From: a virus
Reading direction: 5' to 3' (one strand)
DNA: 46,152 nt
Virus record (IMG/VR): IMGVR_UViG_3300005058_000082
Location: 1 to 46,152 of that record
Both the position numbers and the translations under genes were made by a program. This document shows positions 20,215 to 29,131 of the stretch, piece after piece. The notes beneath the pieces are model-generated. The model saw nothing but the letters and a program-made list of their open reading frames with translations, was not told where the DNA came from and did no database searches. Numbering within the stretch: position 1 is the first letter of the stretch; the number at the start of each line of letters is the position of its first letter.

Positions 20215-21507
20215 ATGACCGCTTTTCCGGCTGCCGGCTATATCTCGACCCCGGCGCGTACTGAAGGCGAGCAGAAGACGGCCCTAGAAGACTTCCTCGC
20301 CACGACGAAGCAGATCCCGGGCACGCAAGCGGTCTCGACCAAGACCATCGCGTCCGGCGCGATCACGCCCGACCGCGGCATGCACGCGGTCGATACCGAG
20401 GCCGCTGCGGCCTCGGATGATCTCGACACCATCAACACCACCAACCTGCCGGACGGCTTCCACCTCCTGATCTTCTCTGCCGATAACGCGCGCAATGTGG
20501 TGGTGCGCCACAATCAGGGCGGCGCCGGCAAGATCCTGCTGGCCGATGCCGCCAACCTCACGCTCGACGATACGACGCAATGGCTGCTGCTCCGCCGCGC
20601 GGGCAGCGAATGGCTCGAGGTCGATCGCGGCTACGGCGTGATGAAGGCGCTGGCGCGCGCCTATCTCGCGGTTGCCGGGACGGGCGACGCCAATGTCTTC
20701 ACCGCGACGCAGACGATCCGCTCGACCGATAGCGGCACCGGGCTCGGCCCTGAGCTGGTGCTCGACCGAAACAAGACGACGCCAGCCGACAACGACGTGA
20801 TCGGCGGCGTCACCTTTCAGGGCAATGACAGCGCCGGCGCCGATCAGGTGTATGCGCGCATCCAGGGGCAGATCCTGGATGAGCTGACGGGCTCCGAGGA
20901 TGGGCTGATTGATTTCCACACCGCGGTGGCGGGCACGGTCGCCTCGCGCGTCAAGGTCGGTCAAGGGGTGCAGGTCGGTGCGCCGACTGGTGGCGACAAG
21001 GGGCCAGCCACCCTGAACGCAACCGCGCTCCACCAGGCGGGCGTCCAGGTTCCGATGGTCGTGTTCCAGCGTGTGAACTTCGTGGTGGGGGAGGCATCCG
21101 GGTCCACCACCTTCCCGGATGACGACACGCCGCCCACCAGCGGCGAGGGCACCCAGATCGCTTCGCAGGCGATCACGCTGCTCGACGCCGCGCACAAGGT
21201 GCGGGTGACCGGCGAGGTGTTCATCAGCTGCAGCACCGGCGGCGCCGACGCCTCGATCGCGGTGTTCCGCGGCTCGACCAACATCCTCTCGGTCGGCCCC
21301 ACGCGCTTCAGCGCCGGCGGCACCACCGGCATCGGCATTCCGATCAACTGCATCGACACGCCCGGCTCGGTGGGCCCGCACACCTATTCGATCCGTGTCG
21401 GGCTGGCGAACGGCTCGGCCGGCACCTGGGCCACCGGCGGCACCGCCACGGCCCGCTATGGCGACACGCAGGCGCTCAACACCGTCACCCTCGAGGAGTT
21501 CGCATGA
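20215..21507 (+). CDS. tail fibre / receptor-binding protein
   Basis: ATG directly after the J stop; Thr/Gly/Ala-rich; DDLDTI and GDKGPATLNA fibre-type motifs. Confidence 0.75.
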   Translation: MTAFPAAGYISTPARTEGEQKTALEDFLATTKQIPGTQAVSTKTIASGAITPDRGMHAVDTEAAAASDDLDTINTTNLPDGFHLLIFSADNARNVVVRHNQGGAGKILLADAANLTLDDTTQWLLLRRAGSEWLEVDRGYGVMKALARAYLAVAGTGDANVFTATQTIRSTDSGTGLGPELVLDRNKTTPADNDVIGGVTFQGNDSAGADQVYARIQGQILDELTGSEDGLIDFHTAVAGTVASRVKVGQGVQVGAPTGGDKGPATLNATALHQAGVQVPMVVFQRVNFVVGEASGSTTFPDDDTPPTSGEGTQIASQAITLLDAAHKVRVTGEVFISCSTGGADASIAVFRGSTNILSVGPTRFSAGGTTGIGIPINCIDTPGSVGPHTYSIRVGLANGSAGTWATGGTATARYGDTQALNTVTLEEFA

Positions 21508-21854
21508 CCGAATGGACTCTCGATCCCGCACCGAAGGCCGGCGAGATCGGCCTCGCGGTCGCGGCCCTCATCGCGCCCGGCGCCACCTTCGAACTCGCGG
21601 GCAGCGACCTCAAGGATCTGCGCGTCTTCAACGGCACGGCGCCCGACCAAGCGGCGATCGAGGCACGAATCACGGCGAGCCGGGCTGTGCCGCCGGTGAA
21701 GGAGCCGACCCTGGCCGACGTGGTCAAGGTGGTGCGCGATCACCTGGTCGATGCGACGAAGCCCGAGCAGAAGCAGGCCTTCGACGAGCTGGCGGCAAAG
21801 CTCGAAGCCACCAAGGGCGTGGCCGTCGCCGGCGCGCTCGATGCCGAGCCCTGA
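21504..21854 (+). CDS. putative tail fibre assembly/accessory protein
   Basis: ATGA overlap with the fibre gene; size and position. Confidence 0.5.
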   Translation: MTEWTLDPAPKAGEIGLAVAALIAPGATFELAGSDLKDLRVFNGTAPDQAAIEARITASRAVPPVKEPTLADVVKVVRDHLVDATKPEQKQAFDELAAKLEATKGVAVAGALDAEP

Positions 21855-21928
21855 ACCTCGTCAATGACGAACATCCCGCCGGGATGAACGAGCGGGGCGG
21901 ACCGCAACCTCAACCAAGGAGCACCTCG

Positions 21929-22171
21929 ATGAAGAAGCTACTGGCCATCATGGCCGTGGCCGCGCTCGCGTGCGGCCTCGGTACGGCGTTCGCCTCAGAC
22001 GTTCAGGCCCCGGTCAAGGGTGCCGTGCCGCTCACGACCGCCGAGATGGATGACGCGCGCGGCTCGGCCAGCTTCGGCAACAGGGTCGACATCCCGACCG
22101 GCACCACGATCAACGGCGGGGCCTTCCTGCTGGTCTACGACGGCAATCAGTGGGTGCGCACGAAGAAGTAG
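21929..22171 (+). CDS. small secreted protein (80 aa, Sec signal peptide)
   Basis: AAGGAG RBS; MKKLLAIMAVAALACGLGTAFA signal with AxA site; followed by terminator. Confidence 0.7.
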   Translation: MKKLLAIMAVAALACGLGTAFASDVQAPVKGAVPLTTAEMDDARGSASFGNRVDIPTGTTINGGAFLLVYDGNQWVRTKK

Positions 22172-22198
22172 CGGCGCAGCGAATCTCTGAAGCGAAGG

Positions 22199-22230
22199 GG
22201 CGGCGCGATCTCGCGCCGCCTTTTTTCTTT
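22199..22230 (+). terminator. intrinsic terminator
   Basis: ggcggcgcg-atct-cgcgccgcc followed by ttttttcttt. Confidence 0.8.
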
Positions 22231-22240
22231 GAGGGGGGCC

Positions 22241-22756
22241 ATGAGCGAGAACGGGCAGAAGCCGACGAACGGCCGGAACGGCACCTGGTGGAAGGTCGTT
22301 GGCGCGCTCGCCGCGCTCGTGCTCGGAAGCGGCGGTGCGGCCGGCGGCGTCACCTCGATCACCGCCGATGCGCGGCTCGCCGTGCTCGAGCGGATCGCGC
22401 GCGATCAGGAGAAGGCCATCGACAACATGAACATTCAGCTCAGCACGATCTCGAACCTGCTGGCGGGCGTACCGCCCCGCATCGAGGAGCTGCAGCGCAA
22501 GGCGGATGACGCGCTCGTTCGGGTCGACAAGGTGGCGATCGATGCCCGCGAGGCGCGGCGCGACATGCGCACCGACATCATGGAGCGCATCAACGACCTG
22601 GCGCGCGACATCGACACCATCGAGCGCCGCATCAGCCGCAGCCCGTCGAGCACCACGCCGGTCGGCCCCGTGCGGCCGCCGATCGTGGACGGCGACGTTT
22701 CGGCCGATATGTGGCCGTTCGGCGCGCCCGGCGCGACCGAGGGTCTGAGACGATGA
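22241..22756 (+). CDS. membrane-anchored coiled-coil protein (lysis-associated, possibly holin/antiholin)
   Basis: One TM segment (WWKVVGALAALVLG) then a long coiled coil; upstream of endolysin. Confidence 0.5.
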   Translation: MSENGQKPTNGRNGTWWKVVGALAALVLGSGGAAGGVTSITADARLAVLERIARDQEKAIDNMNIQLSTISNLLAGVPPRIEELQRKADDALVRVDKVAIDAREARRDMRTDIMERINDLARDIDTIERRISRSPSSTTPVGPVRPPIVDGDVSADMWPFGAPGATEGLRR

Positions 22757-23061
22757 AGGCGGCGAAGGTCTGTACTGAGGCCGCCCGGCTGCTCGATGGC
22801 GAGCGCGCAGCGCAGCACGGCGATGCGGTCGAGACTCAGGCGCGGCTTGCTGCCGCGTGGACCTGGTGGCTGCGCTGCCGCGGGCTGCTCGGCCCCAACG
22901 ATCTCAGCGCGCTCGACACCGCCACGATGCTCGAACTGCTCAAAATCACGCGCCGCTCGACCGGCGCCTTCAACCTCGATGACTACGTCGACAGCGCTGG
23001 CTATGCCGGCATCGCCGGCGAGATGGCCGCCCAAGAGGCCGGCATGGAGCATGAGCAATGA
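22753..23061 (+). CDS. DUF6378-like phage protein
   Basis: GERAAQHGD...AAAW...MLELLKITR...DDYVDSAGYA. Confidence 0.7.
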   Translation: MKAAKVCTEAARLLDGERAAQHGDAVETQARLAAAWTWWLRCRGLLGPNDLSALDTATMLELLKITRRSTGAFNLDDYVDSAGYAGIAGEMAAQEAGMEHEQ

Positions 23062-23627
23062 GCGGGCGCGAGGAAGAGATCATCAGCGGCGTGCTCGAGC
23101 GGGAAGGGTGGCCGCACTACACCAATCGCTCGACCGACGATGGCGGCCCCACCAAGGGCGGCGTCACGATCAAAACGCTCTCCGCCTGGCGCGGGCGGGC
23201 CGTGACGCCGGAAGAGGTGTCGGCGCTCGGCGAGCGCGAGGCGCGGGACATCTATCGGGCGATGTTCATTCGTCAACCGCGCTTCCACGAAATCGCGGAT
23301 GAGGACTTGCGCGTCGTCGTGATCGACGCCGGCGTGCTGTGGGGCCCGCGTCGGGCCGCTGGCTGGCTGCAGACCGCGATCAACGAGGAGCGCGCGGCCC
23401 AAGGGCTCACCAGCTTCGCCGTGCTCGCCGTCGACAGCGCGCTCGGGCCGAAGACGTTTGACGCCCTGGCGGTGTGCGCGCCGCGCCGCCTGGCCATCCG
23501 CTTTCTCGCGCTATGGATCCGCCGCATGGGCAAGAGGGTGACCGAATCTCCCTACAACGCCGCCAATGCCGCCGGCTGGGCCAACCGGGTGGCGGACCAT
23601 CTGATCGCCGCCGGTCTGTCGAGCTGA
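23058..23627 (+). CDS. endolysin, glycoside hydrolase family 108
   Basis: REG...YTN...DDGGPTKGGVT catalytic region; WLQTA, DSALGPKT, GWANRV. Confidence 0.88.
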   Translation: MSGREEEIISGVLEREGWPHYTNRSTDDGGPTKGGVTIKTLSAWRGRAVTPEEVSALGEREARDIYRAMFIRQPRFHEIADEDLRVVVIDAGVLWGPRRAAGWLQTAINEERAAQGLTSFAVLAVDSALGPKTFDALAVCAPRRLAIRFLALWIRRMGKRVTESPYNAANAAGWANRVADHLIAAGLSS

Positions 23628-23649
23628 TCAACACGAAAGGAGCCGCACG

Positions 23650-24288
23650 ATGACGCTCTCGAACTATTCCGAGGACAAGGTCAACGACCACCTGAACGGC
23701 AAGACCTCGTTCACCATGCCGTCGGGATCGCACATCTCGCTGCACAATGGTGACCCGGGTGAGACCGGCGCCAACGAGCTCTCCGGCGGCTCCTATGCGC
23801 GGCAGAGCGTCGCGGGCGCCGGCTGGAACGCTTCGTCGGGCGGCCTCGGCGACAATGTCAACGCGATCACCTTCGCCAATCTGCCGGCCGATACCGTGGT
23901 CGGCGTGGGCGAATGGGACGCCTCGAGCAGCGGCAACTTCATCCGCGGCGGCTGGCTCTCGACCGTGAAGAAGCCCTTCGTCTGCACCGACACCGCGAGC
24001 GACCTGATCCGCTCGCCGGCGCATGGTCTGTCCGCTGGTGACCGCGTCGCGTTCTCGGCCGAGTTCGCCGGCACCCTGCCAGCCGGCGTGTCGGCAGGAA
24101 CGCTCTATTTCGTGATCGCGAGCGGCCTCACCACCGACGATTTCAAGGTGTCGACCACGTCGGGCGGCAGCGCCGTCGACCTCACCGCGGCCGGCTCCGG
24201 CATCTTCTACAAGGTGATTCCGCAGGTGGTGAACGCCGGAGGCACGCTCCAGTTCAACCCCGGCAATCTCGACCTGGTGCTGGCATAG
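23650..24288 (+). CDS. virion structural/fibre-type protein with inserted beta domain
   Basis: AAAGGAG RBS; SLHNGDPGETGANELSGGSYARQ; insert HGLSAGDRV...LPAG...YFVI...FKVSTTSGGSAVDLT. Confidence 0.65.
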   Translation: MTLSNYSEDKVNDHLNGKTSFTMPSGSHISLHNGDPGETGANELSGGSYARQSVAGAGWNASSGGLGDNVNAITFANLPADTVVGVGEWDASSSGNFIRGGWLSTVKKPFVCTDTASDLIRSPAHGLSAGDRVAFSAEFAGTLPAGVSAGTLYFVIASGLTTDDFKVSTTSGGSAVDLTAAGSGIFYKVIPQVVNAGGTLQFNPGNLDLVLA

Positions 24289-24308
24289 GTCGCGCAGCGG
24301 AGAATCAT

Positions 24309-24824
24309 ATGGCCAAGGTGCACATTCTGGGGGCGGCCGGCAGGAACGCATTCCGGGCGGTGCTGCATGGGCCGGCGCCGACGGGCAGCAACGCCGCAGG
24401 CATCCCATGGAGCGACTGCATCATCCGCGCAGGCCTCAACGCCAGTCGGCTCTCGGTGGGCGACGGTCCGGGGCAGATCAGCCAGAAGGAAGCGGATGAC
24501 ATTGCGTCCGGCCTCGTCATCGAGGTGGAGGGCATTTGGGAAGACACCCCTCGGCTGATCCTCGCGCTTGACGATGGCTTGACGGAGGTCGACGCGATTG
24601 TCGGATACCAGGAAGACGTCGAGGGCAAGCGGACCCCGATCATTGTGCCCAAGGGCACGCCTGTCCAGGAGGCCAAGCCTGGCCGAGAGAAGGTGGTCGG
24701 CGCGGCGGCGCTCGCGGAGAATCAGAAGGTGCCGGACATGCTCGAGCGGGCCCAGTTACAGATCGCCGAGCGGCAGGAGGCCCTCATGCAAGAGCTTCAA
24801 TATTTCGGCCTGACGGCGGACTGA
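24309..24824 (+). CDS. hypothetical protein
   Basis: GGAG RBS; tightly packed in the operon. Confidence 0.6.
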   Translation: MAKVHILGAAGRNAFRAVLHGPAPTGSNAAGIPWSDCIIRAGLNASRLSVGDGPGQISQKEADDIASGLVIEVEGIWEDTPRLILALDDGLTEVDAIVGYQEDVEGKRTPIIVPKGTPVQEAKPGREKVVGAAALAENQKVPDMLERAQLQIAERQEALMQELQYFGLTAD

Positions 24825-24827
24825 GCC

Positions 24828-25319
24828 ATGACCACAGCAACCCCCGTCTATGGCACCAAGGTCACGATGACGATGACGCTCGCCTCGCTCGCGAGCGACA
24901 CCAACCTAGTGGCCGGCCGCGAGAGTACCGCGGTCGACCAGAAGGACACCGACGACGCGATCGACGCGATGGTGGGCGGCACGGTTATGACGGGCACTTC
25001 GCCGACCGCTGCCCGCCAAATCGAGGTGTGGGCTTATGCCAGCTATGACGACACGATCTTTTCGGGCGGCGCCACGGGCTCAGACGCCAATCTGACGCCG
25101 AGCGAAAAGACGTTGATGGTGCTGCTCACGATCATCCCGACAGTGAACACCTCGAACAAGGCCTACCAGTGGGGGCCGTTCTCGGTCGCGCAGGCCTTCG
25201 GCGGCAACGTTCCCGTCCAGTGGGGCGTCTACATCGTGCACAACACCGGGGTGAACCTGAATTCGACCGGCGGCAATCACGAGGTCGAGTATTTCCCGGT
25301 GAAGTACGAGAGCGCCTGA
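24828..25319 (+). CDS. putative virion structural protein
   Basis: Thr/Ser/Gly-rich, beta-type; operon context. Confidence 0.6.
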   Translation: MTTATPVYGTKVTMTMTLASLASDTNLVAGRESTAVDQKDTDDAIDAMVGGTVMTGTSPTAARQIEVWAYASYDDTIFSGGATGSDANLTPSEKTLMVLLTIIPTVNTSNKAYQWGPFSVAQAFGGNVPVQWGVYIVHNTGVNLNSTGGNHEVEYFPVKYESA

Positions 25320-25322
25320 AAC

Positions 25323-26063
25323 ATGGGGCTCTTCTTCGACGGCTCGGCCGCCAGCGACAAGCTGCTGAATTCGGTAACACCGATCACGGCCATTACGTTC
25401 TCCGCCGGCGCGTGGGTGTTGAAGGGCGCGCTCGGCACGTCGCGCACCTGGTTCTCGATCCACCGCGCTTCGGACGACGCGCACTATTTCCGGCTCTACA
25501 ACAACGCCTCGAACGTGTACGGGATCTCGGTCTCCGCTGGCAGCCCCAACGATAGTACAGGCGCGGTCGCCGCCGTGGCCGGCGCCTGGGCCTATGTGGT
25601 GGGGCGCTGGATCACCTCGAGCAATCGCCGCATGGCAGTGCTCCACCCGACCGGGGAGAGCGAGCACGTGCAGGGCACCAACGTCGCAACTCCGACCTCG
25701 CTCGCGCACATGCGCCTCGGCGGGCTCAGATCCTCGAGCGGCGAGACCGCGCAGTGGCTGGGCGGCATCGCGGAATTCTGGTGCGCCAACATCGATGTCG
25801 TTCCAGGCGGCGGCGCGATGCCTGACGCCATGCTGCGCCAGCTCGCCTATGGCGGCCCCTTCTCGCTGCCGCACCTGGTGCCGTCGATCATGGAATATCG
25901 CTCGTTCCGCTCCGCGCTCGAGCATCCCGGCAAACCAGGCGAGACCTATTGGGGCGGCCGCGGCGTGCAGACCTGGGTGAACACCGACGGCAAGCTGCAG
26001 ACGCATCCGCCCCTGCCTTACTGGAACAAGCCGCCGCCGCGGCAGGGCTTGATCCTGCTGTGA
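25323..26063 (+). CDS. LamG/concanavalin-A-like lectin-fold protein
   Basis: ITFSAGAWV...GAWAYVVG...RLGG...WLGGIAEF pattern. Confidence 0.6.
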   Translation: MGLFFDGSAASDKLLNSVTPITAITFSAGAWVLKGALGTSRTWFSIHRASDDAHYFRLYNNASNVYGISVSAGSPNDSTGAVAAVAGAWAYVVGRWITSSNRRMAVLHPTGESEHVQGTNVATPTSLAHMRLGGLRSSSGETAQWLGGIAEFWCANIDVVPGGGAMPDAMLRQLAYGGPFSLPHLVPSIMEYRSFRSALEHPGKPGETYWGGRGVQTWVNTDGKLQTHPPLPYWNKPPPRQGLILL

Positions 26064-26938
26064 GGCTTCTCCTCCGCCGCAAACTGCTATTCGCCGAGCT
26101 GCTGCGAGACGCCGGCGGCGGCGCGATCAGCATCTCGGCCGTAATCGACAGCGTCAGCGATGTCTCGGGCGATGCCTTCGCCACCGCCTTTGCCGCGGCT
26201 GCGGTGCAGGGCATGGCGCTCGAGAGCGCCGGACCCGCGATCGGGCTGAACGCCTCGATCGACAGCCTGGCGGACCTCGTGCCCGCGGCGGCGCTCGCGA
26301 TCAGCGCGGTCCTCGACGGCGCCGGAGACCTCGCGGGTCTGCATACCTTGGCGGCCGGGGCCGTGGTCGACGGGCGAGGGGAGCTGGCCGCCGTGCACGC
26401 CCTGGTGGCGCAGGCGGTGATCGATGGGGCGGGGGAGAGCGCCGCCGCGCCCGCGATCGTGCTGGTGGCCCAGCTCGACGGCTTTGGCGAGCTCGCCGCC
26501 GATGCGGGGATCGGCATCGCCGCGATGGTCGCTGCTGTCGATGGAGGGTCCGACCTCGCGGCGTTGATCACGCCGATCGCGGCCGCCCGGATCGACGCCC
26601 TCGCCGATTTCGGTGCATCGCCGGTGATCGGCCTCAGCGCCGTGCTCGACGCCAACGCGGACCTGCAGGCCCTGGGCGCGCTCTCGCTCTGGGCCGTGCT
26701 CGACGCCGACGCCGGGTTTGCTGCGGTGCCGTTCACCACCAGCTTCGCCGCAGCGATCGTCACCGGTGGGGCGCTGATCGAGGCCTTCGCCACCCTGCCG
26801 GGCTCGGGCGTCGCCGGCGCCGTGCACATGCTGGATGTGGTGGCCTTTCCGCTGGAGGTCTGGGATGTCGAGGCGCTGCGCCTCCGCCTCTCGGACGTGC
26901 CCGCATTCACCATCGACTTGTCCGACAGGAAGGTGTGA
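26060..26938 (+). CDS. Ala/Asp/Gly repeat protein (putative structural)
   Basis: GTG overlapping upstream TGA; about 11 imperfect A-V/I-D-G-x-G-E/D-L-A-A units. Confidence 0.6.
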   Translation: MRLLLRRKLLFAELLRDAGGGAISISAVIDSVSDVSGDAFATAFAAAAVQGMALESAGPAIGLNASIDSLADLVPAAALAISAVLDGAGDLAGLHTLAAGAVVDGRGELAAVHALVAQAVIDGAGESAAAPAIVLVAQLDGFGELAADAGIGIAAMVAAVDGGSDLAALITPIAAARIDALADFGASPVIGLSAVLDANADLQALGALSLWAVLDADAGFAAVPFTTSFAAAIVTGGALIEAFATLPGSGVAGAVHMLDVVAFPLEVWDVEALRLRLSDVPAFTIDLSDRKV

Positions 26939-26941
26939 CGG

Positions 26942-27250
26942 ATGGCCAAAAACACCTACGACCGTGGCGACCGGGTGCGCGTCTACATGAAGGTGCGCGA
27001 CACCGCCGGCGCCCTGATCGATCCCGATGCGGGCTCGATCAAGCTTCGGGTGCGCGACCCCTCGCAGGCGCTCGGCGCGGCCACGCTCTATCAGGGCGCC
27101 GCGATCGTGAGGGAGAGCGTCGGGGTCTATTACTGCGAGGTCGACGTGAACCTTGCGGGCACCTGGCGCCCCCGCGCCGAGTGCACCGGCGGCGTGATCG
27201 CGGCCGAGGAAAGCGAGTTTGAGGTGCGCGCGAGCCAGGTCATCGCTTAA
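26942..27250 (+). CDS. small Ig-like/beta-sandwich hypothetical protein
   Basis: GGAAGG RBS; YDRGD...VRESVGVYY...AGTW. Confidence 0.55.
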   Translation: MAKNTYDRGDRVRVYMKVRDTAGALIDPDAGSIKLRVRDPSQALGAATLYQGAAIVRESVGVYYCEVDVNLAGTWRPRAECTGGVIAAEESEFEVRASQVIA

Positions 27251-27273
27251 GCCGCGCGCCGATCAACAGACCC

Positions 27274-27302
27274 AAGGGCCGGGAATTCTCCCGGCCCTTT
27301 TT
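27274..27302 (+). terminator. intrinsic terminator
   Basis: aagggccggga-attc-tcccggccctt running into a T tract. Confidence 0.75.
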
Positions 27303-27316
27303 CGTTGGAGGAGACC

Positions 27317-27790
27317 ATGAGGCTCATTCCGCTGTTCATCATCGTTCTGCTCGTGAGTGCAGGCTCACTCACGGGGCTCGCCTTTGCGCAGGAGGCCCCG
27401 CCCGCCGATGACACGGTGATCGATGGCGGCGCGATCCTCGCCTATGTCGTCACCACGATCATCCTCTGCATCGGCAGCGCGGCGACGTGGCTGCTGATCA
27501 GGATGGGCAACCTCGCTGGCATCAAGACGGATGACGCGATGGCGCAACGCATTCGCATCGGTATCGTCAACTCGCTCACCCGGCTGTACGAGCAGCATGG
27601 CGAGAAGATCCGTGAGATGGCGAAGATCAAGATCGACAACCCGATCGCCAAGCGGGTGCTCGGTGATCTCGTGCAGCACTTCCCCGACGCGGTGAGGCAT
27701 GTCGGCTTCGAGAAGCCGCAGGACGTGCAGAAGATGGTCGAGGCCTATTTGCCGCGCGTGACCGCAGAGACTCCCCCGCCGCTGCCGTGA
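27317..27790 (+). CDS. membrane protein, holin-like
   Basis: GGAGGAG RBS; signal/TM1 plus TM2 (ILAYVVTTIILCIGSAATWLL). Confidence 0.5.
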   Translation: MRLIPLFIIVLLVSAGSLTGLAFAQEAPPADDTVIDGGAILAYVVTTIILCIGSAATWLLIRMGNLAGIKTDDAMAQRIRIGIVNSLTRLYEQHGEKIREMAKIKIDNPIAKRVLGDLVQHFPDAVRHVGFEKPQDVQKMVEAYLPRVTAETPPPLP

Positions 27791-28098
27791 CCGGCTTCCA
27801 CCTCGACCCGCTCCACCGGGCGCACTATGACGGCTGCACCGTCGTCGATGCGCTCGGGCTGCGGGCGCCCGAGTTCGAGGAATGCTGCGAGTGCCATGAC
27901 GAGCTGTACCTCCAGAAGGCGGAGGGGCAGCTCGGCGTCGAGACCGATCGGGCGATCGCCGATCTCCTCTTCTTGCACTGCATGATGCGGAAAGCGCGCG
28001 AAGCGCCCACGCCGGAGCGGCGGCGCCTCCTCGAGGGGAAGGCGCGCACGCGGTTCTGGGCCGTCACCGCCTTCGGAGGGATCGCATGGTATACCTGA
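27787..28098 (+). CDS. phospholipase A2-like small protein
   Basis: DGCT...CCECHDELY...RAIADLLFLHCM...AVTAFG resembles the CCxxHDxxY / AD PLA2 signature. Confidence 0.55.
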   Translation: MTGFHLDPLHRAHYDGCTVVDALGLRAPEFEECCECHDELYLQKAEGQLGVETDRAIADLLFLHCMMRKAREAPTPERRRLLEGKARTRFWAVTAFGGIAWYT

Positions 28099-28394
28099 GG
28101 CTGTGCGCCATCGCGGCCGGCGGGTTGATGCTCGCCGGCTGCCACTCGCTCGACGTGGTGAGCCCGCTCATGACCCCGGGCAAGGCCCAGCCCTTGCTCC
28201 GCCAGGTCGCGGTGATCGCGCTAAACGAAGCGACCAAGCTCGACTATGCCGAGCAGGTCGATGCCGCCACGGCGGCAGGGCGGATCTACGAGGTGCAGCC
28301 GGTGACGATCCGGCTCGATCCCGAGCAGCAGGCCGAGCTCGTGCGCGCGATCAACGAGAGCCTGAGCCGGCCAATGGTGGCGCCTCCGCCTTAG
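28086..28394 (+). CDS. lipoprotein (possible o-spanin)
   Basis: Lipobox LAGC at residues 16-19; last gene of the late operon. Confidence 0.55.
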   Translation: MVYLRLCAIAAGGLMLAGCHSLDVVSPLMTPGKAQPLLRQVAVIALNEATKLDYAEQVDAATAAGRIYEVQPVTIRLDPEQQAELVRAINESLSRPMVAPPP

Positions 28395-28605
28395 GTGCGT
28401 GGGTCTTGATCAGCTCGCCCAACGCCTGGTGCCGCGCCCGCGCGAGCGCCCATATCTCCGCCTGGACAGCGTCAGGCACCGGCCACTCGCCGGCCGCCCA
28501 TCGGCGGATGGTGCGATCGGAGACTCTGAGCGCCCGCGCCGCCTCGGACTGCCAGCGCGGGCCGTACAGGGCTTCGCCGACCGCGCGGAGCTCCTCGAGC
28601 GTCAT
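28351..28605 (-). CDS. HTH DNA-binding protein
   Basis: WQSEAARALRVSDRTIRRWAAG. Confidence 0.8.
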   Translation of the reverse strand: MTLEELRAVGEALYGPRWQSEAARALRVSDRTIRRWAAGEWPVPDAVQAEIWALARARHQALGELIKTHAPKAEAPPLAGSGSR

Positions 28606-28955
28606 CCCTCGAACCTGTAGGGCACCGCACCCATGCTCTGCAGCTCGCCGGCAACCTCACCCGCCTCATAGACTTGGGCCGCCCAGTTGTCGGCCTCGTA
28701 CCAGTCATAGCCCGCGATCTCGATCGGCTCATCCTGGCCATAGACCACCAGCGTCGGCATGAGTCCGAGGGCCTGTGCGGCGGCAAGGCGATGCGAGCCC
28801 TCAAGCGCCTGGTAGTAGTCGCCGCAGTCAACGACGCGGATCGTGGGCGCGCCGAGGGAACGCATCTCGGCCGAGACGGACGCCAGCTTGTCGGCATCAA
28901 CGTCATGGATGGCGTAGACGGTCACGGTGCGGGTCGGGGTGATGGTCTTGGTCAT
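28602..28955 (-). CDS. ParB/Srx-like single-domain protein
   Basis: AAGGAGG RBS; GAPTIRVV...ALEGSHRLAAAQALG. Confidence 0.7.
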   Translation of the reverse strand: MTKTITPTRTVTVYAIHDVDADKLASVSAEMRSLGAPTIRVVDCGDYYQALEGSHRLAAAQALGLMPTLVVYGQDEPIEIAGYDWYEADNWAAQVYEAGEVAGELQSMGAVPYRFEG

Positions 28956-29011
28956 CGGGATCGGGCCTCCTTGCCCGTATCGGACGGGCCTAGCGCCCTG
29001 TCTATGTCTCA

Positions 29012-29040
29012 AATATAGGACACGACCGGCCCGGGTGCAA
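29012..29040 (-). promoter_or_regulatory. sigma70 promoter for ParB-HTH operon
   Basis: TTGCAC-17bp-TATATT on - strand; TGTC-N10-GACA palindrome overlaps the -10. Confidence 0.7.
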
Positions 29041-29131
29041 TGGGGAAAGGCGGAAGCGTGTGCTTTTTTGACGACTGCGCGGTGTCTGGCCCGGGTTGAG
29101 GGGCGCCCAGGCCCCTGCCTAAGATTGGGGC

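Noticed and set aside
19593..21507. Diversity-generating retroelement or invertible fibre cassette
   Set aside because: No reverse transcriptase or invertase seen; the repeats do not differ specifically at adenines
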